A DNA stretch of 64,000 nt from Candidatus Krumholzibacteriota bacterium (GTDB taxonomy: Bacteria; Krumholzibacteriota; Krumholzibacteriia; JAJRXK01): contig CAVSGG010000008.1 of assembly GCA_963727455.1 (NCBI GenBank), forward strand, positions 64,001-128,000, given 5' to 3'. The position numbers were made by a program, and so were the translations under genes. Each line of letters begins with the position of its first letter. Positions within the stretch are counted from its first letter, which is position 1. Positions 49,541 to 57,079 of this stretch are shown here, piece by piece. The notes beneath the pieces were generated by a model that did not search any database, was not told the DNA's origin, and was given only the letters and a program-made list of their open reading frames with translations.

Positions 49541-52500
49541 TCATCGAACGATAGCAAAGGGTTTGAAGGCGACGCTGCCTTCGGTTTCCACCTTCGCCAC
49601 ATAGAGCCCGGCGACCAGACCATTCAGAGGGATCTCGAACTCCAATTGACCCGGCCCCTCGCCGCGGACTGTGCCCGTCTGGCGCACCACCTGTCCTTGC
49701 AAGTCGAAGACGGTCGAGCGCACCTGAGCCGAGCGGTGCAGCTGAATTCGCACATGCACGCTGGGACCGTCCGCCGGGTTGGGGTAAAGAACGAGGTCCT
49801 CGTCGGCGAAGGCCTCGCCTCCGCCAGGAATGGCACTCCCGCTCGAGTCGAGCGCTTGGTGTCCGGTTCCCCAGGCATCCGCCCCACCCTGGTTCCAGGG
49901 CGCAAAGCGCGTGCTGGGAATCGACAGACCATAGACGCGGATCTCCCCCACGCGATGGGTGAGTGGCAAGCGCTCCTCGAAGTCCGTTCCCGTGAGAGCG
50001 TCGAAGCCCGAGGCCAGGACGAGTTCGAGCTGCCCGTCTCCGTCGAGATCCGCCACTGCGGGCGAGCCGCAGGGTTCGCCGGGACCCTGGATGGGCCATC
50101 CTGGCAGACTCTCAGATTCCAGATTCACCGCGTGGACCCGTCCCACCCGATCGTGCCACAGCGCTTCCACTCTTCCGTCCCCGTCGAGATCCACGAGCAG
50201 CGGAGCGGCGGGAACGCTGCCCTCGATCGCTGCCGTGGAATAGCCGGGCTGGTAGGGGCCGCCGGTGAGCTGCGCGAGATTTCGGTCCAGAAGCCACAGT
50301 TCATCGCCCGCCACCACGGCCAACACGGGGTCGCCGTTCTCGCGCGCTGGCCCACCCACCAGGGCCGACCAAGGCGTGGGAAGGGTGCGGCCGTGGGCGG
50401 TCAGCGGGGTGCGAGGAACTCCCATGGTGTCGATCAAGGCCAAGCCCAGCCACATGTCACCCCGGAAGCGGTAGCTCAAGAGCTCCGCCGGTGTCTCCAG
50501 AACCAGTGGGACCGGCGGCGTGAGCGCCGCTTTGGCGAGCTTTGCGGGCCCGCGCAGGAGAATGCGGCCCGCGCGATTCTCAGGGATTCCCCCACCGACC
50601 GCGAGATAGAGTACTCCGGTGCCGCCATCGATCAGCACGCCGCGGCGCGCGGCTCCGTCGCAACGATCGGGGGAGATGCTGACGCTGGGTGCCGCCGTGC
50701 CGTCCCACTGCACGAGACTCGCGCCCACCGGATCCCCCTCCTGCAAGCCGCGGAAGATCATGACCAGATCGGCCTGTGACCGGGGTATGGCGTCGGCGAG
50801 AGTGCCGCTATGGGGAGCCAAGATGCAGGGGTGCGAGAGCTGCGTCGGCGCTCCATCCACCTGGGGTGCGGCCAAAAACAGCCCAAAGGTCGCCGGATTC
50901 CCATCGCCATCGCGCAGCTCGTTCCCCTGCGGGTCGAAAGCGAAGACCCCTTCTGCTGCGCTGAGGAAGATCTCCGGAGTACCATCGCCGTCGAGATCGC
51001 CGACGACGGGGGCGCCCAGCCAGTTCGGCGGACCATCAGCTCCGGTAGCGCGCGCGAGCACGGCGGGATTGTTGGGATCGGCTCCGGCTGACCAGGGTGA
51101 GAGATCGCCATGCAAGACCAACAGCGCGCCCTCATCGCCCGCCAGGAGGATCTCGGGTACTCCGTCGCCATCCAGGTCCGCGAGTCGCACATCGTCCAGC
51201 GGCCCATCCGCCGCAAGCTTGCGCTGCGCCTGAAGGGTGACGCCGGCCGCCTGCAGCTCAGGAGCGAAAGCGAGATCGAAGCCGAGTCGATCCCGATACA
51301 GAAAGCGGTTGGCATAGGGACAGTCGGGACCCGGATTGCACGCTTCGATCCCCAGCTGCACGCTGTCGATTCCGCTGATGGAGAACCCGATCGAGGCGCC
51401 ATCATAGCTCAAACTGCTGGGCAAGGTGTCATCCGCGAAGCGCGTGCCGAAGAGTTGGTCTCCGATGAGCACACCCTCTCCGCGGAAGCAGTCGCGATCC
51501 CATCCCAAGAGGAAACGCGAGGCCTTGAGGGTATCGAGATCCTGGACACCGTCCGCTTCTTCGAGGTCGACGCCCTTGCGCTTGGGATCGGCATTGATCG
51601 TGTTCGATCCGGCGTTCAACGACTCCTGGATGACGCGCTCGTCGATGTGCCACACGTAGAGGCCGTTGCCGCGCCCCGGCCCGCGCAGTGAGCCATCCGA
51701 GTCGTTCACGGGGAATTCGCTCATGAAGAAATCCCACTCCGCCCCAAGCGTGCTCTCCCAGGTGTCAGTCGCGGGGTCGAAGGTCGATGTGGGCTCTCCG
51801 TCTCCACTACTGCTGTCCGCGTCGTAAAAATCCGGCACCCGGTTCCCGTTGAGGTCGTCGAAGCTGAAAGTGAAAGTCCCGTCAGGATCCTGAAGACGGT
51901 ATTCCAGCAGGAAGTACTCGCGGTCGGTGATGGGAACTTTGACCAGGAGGGTGTCCCCCACTCCCGTCTCGATGGGCGGCAACTCGACCCGCGTGTCGGA
52001 ATCGATCGTCACGGCATCCACCCAGCCCATGAGCATGCGATTCATGGCACATGGCTCGGCGGGAACGATGCCGAGTCCGGTGAAAAGCCCGTAACCCATC
52101 AGGCCGTAGTTCCCGATCCCCTGACTGTCGGGACGTCCTTCTGGAGTGAAGTCCGCCAGACTGAGCATTCCCAATCGCAGCCCCACCTCAAAGCAGTAGA
52201 CGCCTCGCATTCCGAAAAAACCATTGAGGCCGAGCGAGGCCACCGCGTCTTGCGTCTCGGTTTCAGGCAGAATGAGGACGTGACGGATCAGAACTCCATC
52301 CTGCGTGCTGATCCCCGGCTCGGTGAGAACGGTGTCCGCCATGGCCTGCTCGAAATCGCGGCGATCCAGGTAGTTCGAAAATAGCTGCTGAGGGCTGTCG
52401 TTGTTGATGTCGGTCTCTCGTCCGGCGCCGGCGTGGATGAGGACCAGCGTATCGAAGTCGTTGAAGTCCACTTCGGGGTCGATGGCCTCCACCACCTGCT

Positions 52501-53083
52501 TGGCCATCTCCACCAGACGATCGTTGTCCTCGCGGTCCGCGCCGTAGTAGCCCATGGACTCGGGTAGATTCACCAGAGTCGACAGTGCCTGCCACTGCAG
52601 AGTGAACTTGCCGCGCGAGACGGTGCTGAAGTAGTCCGCGGTCTTGCGCATCTGCAGGTCGAAGTAAGTGGAATCGTGCGCGGCGAATTCGTAGATCGGA
52701 TTGCCCTGCTGGTCGGTGATCGCCCGGCCCAGATCGTCGTAGAGGAAGTTGCCCTCTCTGGCGGGAGTTGGCCAAGCGGCGAACTGCGTACGGTCGCGAC
52801 CCCAGAGCAAACTGTCGGCGAAGTCACACCCCACGACCAGCATCCGCAGAGTGTCGGGAGCCTTGTGCGAGCGCAGCGCTTCCATCTGGCTCGCCTTGGC
52901 TCCACTGACCCGCATTCGGGCCGACGAGCGCGCCAGCAACTGACGCGTTGCATCCTTGGCGGAAAGAGCGCGGCTCTGAAACCAGGGCGCTGTTTCAGCG
53001 CTTCTCGCCGCACCGGCAAGGAGGTGGATTGATAAGAGGGTGCAAACCAGCAGGGCAGCCCAGGACCCACGGCTCGAGCTCAT
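49541..53083 (-). CDS. M6/immune-inhibitor-A-like (catalytically degenerate) domain + FG-GAP repeats + T9SS-like C-terminal domain
   Basis: IHAGAGRE, GV.CFEVGLRLGM (where HExGH is expected), GLMGYG, GWV, EYFLLEYR, GLYVWHIDE and GVDLEEADG; DLDGDG repeats; YPNP...VFDLQG...GLYVAKV. Confidence 0.82.
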   Translation of the reverse strand: MSSSRGSWAALLVCTLLSIHLLAGAARSAETAPWFQSRALSAKDATRQLLARSSARMRVSGAKASQMEALRSHKAPDTLRMLVVGCDFADSLLWGRDRTQFAAWPTPAREGNFLYDDLGRAITDQQGNPIYEFAAHDSTYFDLQMRKTADYFSTVSRGKFTLQWQALSTLVNLPESMGYYGADREDNDRLVEMAKQVVEAIDPEVDFNDFDTLVLIHAGAGRETDINNDSPQQLFSNYLDRRDFEQAMADTVLTEPGISTQDGVLIRHVLILPETETQDAVASLGLNGFFGMRGVYCFEVGLRLGMLSLADFTPEGRPDSQGIGNYGLMGYGLFTGLGIVPAEPCAMNRMLMGWVDAVTIDSDTRVELPPIETGVGDTLLVKVPITDREYFLLEYRLQDPDGTFTFSFDDLNGNRVPDFYDADSSSGDGEPTSTFDPATDTWESTLGAEWDFFMSEFPVNDSDGSLRGPGRGNGLYVWHIDERVIQESLNAGSNTINADPKRKGVDLEEADGVQDLDTLKASRFLLGWDRDCFRGEGVLIGDQLFGTRFADDTLPSSLSYDGASIGFSISGIDSVQLGIEACNPGPDCPYANRFLYRDRLGFDLAFAPELQAAGVTLQAQRKLAADGPLDDVRLADLDGDGVPEILLAGDEGALLVLHGDLSPWSAGADPNNPAVLARATGADGPPNWLGAPVVGDLDGDGTPEIFLSAAEGVFAFDPQGNELRDGDGNPATFGLFLAAPQVDGAPTQLSHPCILAPHSGTLADAIPRSQADLVMIFRGLQEGDPVGASLVQWDGTAAPSVSISPDRCDGAARRGVLIDGGTGVLYLAVGGGIPENRAGRILLRGPAKLAKAALTPPVPLVLETPAELLSYRFRGDMWLGLALIDTMGVPRTPLTAHGRTLPTPWSALVGGPARENGDPVLAVVAGDELWLLDRNLAQLTGGPYQPGYSTAAIEGSVPAAPLLVDLDGDGRVEALWHDRVGRVHAVNLESESLPGWPIQGPGEPCGSPAVADLDGDGQLELVLASGFDALTGTDFEERLPLTHRVGEIRVYGLSIPSTRFAPWNQGGADAWGTGHQALDSSGSAIPGGGEAFADEDLVLYPNPADGPSVHVRIQLHRSAQVRSTVFDLQGQVVRQTGTVRGEGPGQLEFEIPLNGLVAGLYVAKVETEGSVAFKPFAIVR

Positions 53084-53123
53084 GCGCGTTCGTTCCTAGA
53101 GAGAGAATAAGGTAGCGGAGTAT

Positions 53124-53162
53124 AAAAAGGAGACGGCGGTAGGGTCAACCGCCGCCCCTTTT
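53124..53162. terminator. Bidirectional intrinsic terminator-like hairpin overlapping a sigma70-like promoter
   Basis: AAAAAGGAGACGGCGGT-agggtca-ACCGCCGCCCCTTTT; minus-strand TTGACC(53143-53148)-18-TATACT(53119-53124). Confidence 0.6.
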
Positions 53163-53388
53163 CACCACATCCACCGCACGAAACCGTGGGAGAGGAGCGT
53201 CGGGTCCTGCATCGTCGCCCCTGATCGACAAATCCGGCCTTTGGCCCCTCTCCCAAGAGGGTCCCATGGAGTCCGCTGATTCCCCCCTCCCGCTTACGGC
53301 TGCCAACCATCAATGGGGAAGGAACTTGCGGCCCGCTCGCACCTTTCAGGCAGAGTGGGAATCCCTCACTTCAATCGTTCGCGAGTTG

Positions 53389-55230
53389 CTATTCGCGACC
53401 TCCTCTGCCTCTGGAATGGGAGCTCGAACCGGATCTGCCGGAGCGCGCAGGGGCGGACGGACGCGGAGCCGAGGAATTCCGCGGAGCCGGTGCCACTCGC
53501 CGACTCGAGGCGCCCTGCGAAGGTCTCCGCGGGGCTGCGGAGTACCCTTGCCTCGAGGAGGATTGAGAGGGCGCGCGACGCGCTTGCGCTCCTTGGCTCC
53601 GCGAACCGCCGGAACGCGGTGCCCGATACGAGGAAGCGTGAGGAGCCCCTTTCGAATCCCGGCTACCAGACCTTTGCCGGGTGTCCCTGGACTTCACACG
53701 GGGCGCTGCCTCGCGCCTCTTGGGTTGCGAATTGCGCGCTGGCGGAGAGACACGCTGTCTCTCTCCCTGCTGTTGAGGAGCGGAGGGCCTACGTAGGTTC
53801 CTGTCGCTACCCTGGCGCTGAGGCGCGCTTTGCTTCGGCGCGGGAGATACCCGCGTTGCGGGCGCGTTGCGTACGACCGGCCTGGTCCAGCGCCGACCAT
53901 GACTCGTACCGGTGGCGCCTGACTCGCGCCCTCCACTCCGCTCGCGCACCGTTGGCGACACTGTGGTAGTTCCGCTGGGATTCAAGCTGCGCACGGTACG
54001 GGCCGGCCTTCCACGAGTGGGCCGTACTCCGGACCGTTCGCCGGTAGTCCGTGAGCTCGAGGGAACCAGCTTGCGATCGCCAGGCGCCCGCACCGGCATC
54101 TCGTTCCGCGTGAGCTGGTCGCGACTCACCCGCGAGGGATGCTTGGAATCCGTGGACCCGCGCCGCGCAATGCTGGGGGGAACGCGGGTGAGATCGCGTC
54201 CCCGCACCGGCGAGGGCTCGCGGCTATGACGGATGTCGTAGATCGGCCTCTGCTTCACCACTCCGCGGTCATACAAGGTTACGTAGTCCCCTCGATAGCG
54301 CGGGTGATTCCGCCAGCGATACACCGGATAGCTGCGCACATAGCAGTTCCAGCTGGGCCACGAGTAGTAGATCGGGTAGTAGCTGTAGTAGTACGGCCGG
54401 TAGAGCCAGCGGTCCCAGTAGTAGTACGGCGCGTCACAGTACAGAGGGTAGTAGCCGAAGCTCGCGTACCAGTGCGTGTACCAGCCCCAGTCGGCATAGA
54501 TGTTCACCTGGGTGCAGGTACTCGTGTAGGGGGCGTACTTGGGATCGTTGCCCGTGTGACACTGCGTGCAAGTATAGCGCGGATACTCCACTTTCTGATC
54601 CACGTAGATGTGGGTCCAGTCGGTGACCAGCCAGTCCACGTCTTCATCGAGGCCCGTGATGGCGTAGTTGATGTCGTTCACCGCCAGGAACGGATCTCCC
54701 GACACCCGGTGCGCGTACTCGCCCGTCTCGTCCGGACCAAAGCGGAAGTCGATCGCCAGCTGACGCAAATCGAAGGGGTACTGACTGGCGATGGCCTCCA
54801 CGTATTCCACTCCGCGAGACTGCGAAACCCACAACCCCTGATCGGAGGAGCGTCCGGGAATGGAGTAGGTATGCCCGCCGAACACGAAGCCGTCGTCATA
54901 GCGGCTCTGCGGCCAGAGGATCTCGGTGTAGCCGTCGGCATCGATGTAGTAGAGCACCACATAGGCGTCGTCGTTGGTGCGGAAGTACAACTGGAGCGCT
55001 TCGCCGCGCGCAAAAACCGCGTCGTCGTCCTTGTCGTGCCACACTCTGACCCGCAGCTCACGCGAAGCGTAGCGGACCTCGTCCGCCGAAGAGTCGCCGG
55101 CCGGCTGTTGATCCTCCAGCGAGAGAACCGTGGTCGGGGTGACCGTGGTAGCGACCGAACTCGAGGGCCAAGCCCCCAGAACGATCAGAGCAAGAAACAG
55201 GGGAAGTATGGTTTGAATCCGGGTGCTCAT
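53389..55230 (-). CDS. Exported DUF4384-domain protein with CxxCH, Tyr/Trp-rich segment and long Arg/Ser/Pro-rich tail
   Basis: Signal peptide; GE.LQLYFRTNDDAYVVLYYIDADG...ILWP...G.EYVEAIAS; CTQCH; low-complexity C-terminus. Confidence 0.8.
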   Translation of the reverse strand: MSTRIQTILPLFLALIVLGAWPSSSVATTVTPTTVLSLEDQQPAGDSSADEVRYASRELRVRVWHDKDDDAVFARGEALQLYFRTNDDAYVVLYYIDADGYTEILWPQSRYDDGFVFGGHTYSIPGRSSDQGLWVSQSRGVEYVEAIASQYPFDLRQLAIDFRFGPDETGEYAHRVSGDPFLAVNDINYAITGLDEDVDWLVTDWTHIYVDQKVEYPRYTCTQCHTGNDPKYAPYTSTCTQVNIYADWGWYTHWYASFGYYPLYCDAPYYYWDRWLYRPYYYSYYPIYYSWPSWNCYVRSYPVYRWRNHPRYRGDYVTLYDRGVVKQRPIYDIRHSREPSPVRGRDLTRVPPSIARRGSTDSKHPSRVSRDQLTRNEMPVRAPGDRKLVPSSSRTTGERSGVRPTRGRPARTVRSLNPSGTTTVSPTVRERSGGRESGATGTSHGRRWTRPVVRNAPATRVSPAPKQSAPQRQGSDRNLRRPSAPQQQGERQRVSPPARNSQPKRREAAPRVKSRDTRQRSGSRDSKGAPHASSYRAPRSGGSRSQGAQARRAPSQSSSRQGYSAAPRRPSQGASSRRVAPAPRNSSAPRPSAPARSGRSGSSSHSRGRGGRE

Positions 55231-56165
55231 GACGAGCCCTCCTTCCCGGTGCCCCGCGGCGGTAGCGCCTCACGGGCCTGCTTGAGCTCGGGCAAGCCGT
55301 CTACCGGCTGGTAGCCCCACATCAAGCTAATCGTGCCGTTGTTCGGCGAGATGTTCACCACGTAAACCTTCGCGTAGTTGAGCTGCTCACCGTCTACAAT
55401 CTCAAGAAAATAACTGTGTCCCTCGATCGCTTCCATCATCCCGGTCTGCGACCAGCCGAACTCGGGGGCATAGCTGGCCACGTCGAAATCGACGTTCCCG
55501 TAATCCTGCATCCTCACCCAGGGAATCTGAGCCGTGAAGACGGGAACGCCGCTCACGAAATCGAAGCTGAGATCGCTAAGAAGGTCGGCGGGATAGCGTC
55601 GCGTTTCCTCACTGAAATCGAAACCAGCGCGCGAGGAATCCATGCTGGCCGCGCTCAGGGTCACCGTGCCTTCCGGCCGCGGGGTGTCCACCACGTAGTC
55701 GGTAGAAAGCGCGCTCTCGTTGCCCGCATCATCGAAGGCGGTGATCGCGTAATAGTAGTCGAAACCGTTGTCGACGGTGTGATCCTCGAAGATCAGATAG
55801 GGTCGTCCACCGCTGGTGTCGGGATCATAACTGACCAAGTTGGGAATGTCCGGGTACGGCGTCCCCACCTCGAGTAGCTTCTCCCAGTGGATGGGGTTGC
55901 CGTTGCCATCGGCTTCGGTGGTCGAATAGACACGGTAGCCGGCCAGGTCCGGCTCGCGGTTAGCGTTCCAGATGACCCAGATCACCGAATCGCCGGTGAT
56001 TGAGCTCACCCCATTGGGAATGGCCGGCGGTGTGACGTCCACGATCTCGTCGTTCTCGTCACAGCCGGCAGAGAGGAGAGTCAGAAACGCCAGCGAGAGG
56101 ACGAGGAGCACACGGAAATCCCTCAAGGAAGTGCTCTTGGTCTGTGCTTCAAGTGCTGCGTTCAT
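55227..56165 (-). CDS. Lipoprotein with FN3-like domain
   Basis: LSAG-C lipobox; PPAIPNGV...GD..I...W..N.E.DLAGYRVY and YYYAITAFDDAGNESALS. AAGGAG RBS; ATGA overlap with the downstream gene. Confidence 0.85.
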   Translation of the reverse strand: MNAALEAQTKSTSLRDFRVLLVLSLAFLTLLSAGCDENDEIVDVTPPAIPNGVSSITGDSVIWVIWNANREPDLAGYRVYSTTEADGNGNPIHWEKLLEVGTPYPDIPNLVSYDPDTSGGRPYLIFEDHTVDNGFDYYYAITAFDDAGNESALSTDYVVDTPRPEGTVTLSAASMDSSRAGFDFSEETRRYPADLLSDLSFDFVSGVPVFTAQIPWVRMQDYGNVDFDVASYAPEFGWSQTGMMEAIEGHSYFLEIVDGEQLNYAKVYVVNISPNNGTISLMWGYQPVDGLPELKQAREALPPRGTGKEGSS

Positions 56166-56222
56166 GGCTCTCTCCTTCAGCGGAAGGCCTCGTCCCCTCC
56201 CTTGTCCCCACCCTCTCTCTTC

Positions 56223-56237
56223 GCAGCCGCCATGCCA
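56223..56237 (-). promoter_or_regulatory. Sigma54 promoter of the FN3 lipoprotein-DUF4384 operon
   Basis: Minus-strand TGGCATGGCGGCTGC with GG-N10-GC spacing, ~57 nt upstream of the ATG. An IHF-like AT-rich tract lies at ~56290-56302. Confidence 0.65.
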
Positions 56238-56474
56238 CCGCCTGGCACGGGGGCTTCCGTGAGCGGAGCGTCTCTTCCAAGATATTGACTTCTAATGGCT
56301 TAGACTCGTAGATCCGGAAGATCTCAGAAATTAGAGCAGGCAGATTGGCTTCTCCGAGAAGCGGAAGTTGTCGCCATCCAGATATAAAAACGTCCCATGG
56401 AGGGGACACTGCCAAGCCCCTGCTCCACGGCATCCTCGACTTCCTCAGCGCTGGAAAAATGGCGTTGGAACGCA

Positions 56475-56503
56475 CGAGAGCCGCCCCTGAGGGACGGCTC
56501 TCG
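56475..56503. terminator. Strong GC hairpin, possible 3' end of the intergenic transcript
   Basis: CGAGAGCCG(C)CCC-TGA-GGG(A)CGGCTCTCG; no immediately adjacent U-tract. Confidence 0.5.
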
Positions 56504-56852
56504 CAACCATAAGAGCGTGAGTGGTGCACCAGATCCCCTTGAGCGGCCGCTCCAAGATCTCGCCAGTCCTGGATGCCGGGGGTGTCTCGTGCTGGATCTC
56601 TCCTTTTACCTCTCTCACTGCATCCCATGGGATGTTTCGGAGGACGGTGCGATAACGCTGTCTTCCTAGCTTCCGCCGAGATCCTCAGCCCGACCCCACC
56701 TCGTGCTGATGAATCGACGAACCGAATTGATGGAAAACAACCTCTTTCAGCCGGTTGACGGAGAGGAGCGTTCCCACCCCGTCCTCCGATAAACTCAGGC
56801 CCAGAAGGCCAACTGGACGACCGGACCACGTTTGCCTAGTGACTCCAGCCGC
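56475..56852 (-). ncRNA. Putative sigma54-dependent structured RNA (unassigned family)
   Basis: Bounded by a sigma54 promoter and a terminal hairpin. Contains an 11-bp perfect long-range stem (56637-56647 with 56779-56789) and further helices; no convincing long ORF. Confidence 0.4.
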
Positions 56853-56863
56853 ACATACCCATT

Positions 56864-56878
56864 GCACCCTCCATGCCA
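56864..56878 (-). promoter_or_regulatory. Sigma54 promoter immediately downstream of the TPR activator gene
   Basis: Minus-strand TGGCATGGAGGGTGC(AA) with GG-N10-GC spacing. Confidence 0.7.
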
Positions 56879-56916
56879 TGGGGACGGCGTCCGGATAGAA
56901 AGTGTATCTTGTTATA

Positions 56917-56929
56917 AATCAGTAAGTTA
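56917..56929 (+). promoter_or_regulatory. IHF binding site
   Basis: AATCAGTAAGTTA matches WATCAR-N4-TTR exactly, ~40-50 bp upstream of the -24 box, in an AT-rich tract. Confidence 0.65.
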
Positions 56930-57079
56930 TAAACGGAAGTCCGCACCCTTGCCGGGGAGATTTTCGCGTCCGGATCCAGTTAGAAAGTTCCTTGATAGGC
57001 GCGGAAGGGGGAATTTTCGTAAGTACCAAAAAACAGAGAACTTATTCGCTATAAAAAGAATTGATGAAGAATGTCCGCA

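Noticed and set aside
49541-53083. Calling this gene porU or an active immune inhibitor A protease
   Set aside because: No C25 gingipain motifs were recognised and the HExxH histidines are absent.
56243-56258. Plus-strand sigma54-like TGGCACGGGGGCTTCC
   Set aside because: It lacks the -12 GC at the required spacing and has no credible downstream gene.
56149-56829. 226-aa minus-strand ORF in the intergenic region
   Set aside because: No RBS or motifs, atypical composition, and it runs across a hairpin, a promoter and the next gene's start.
56475-56852. RNase P RNA, tmRNA or c-di-GMP-I riboswitch
   Set aside because: No GAGGAAAGTCC, no tRNA-like GGGG...CCACCA ends, and GGCAAAC is not followed by the GNRA/GACGCAAAG core.
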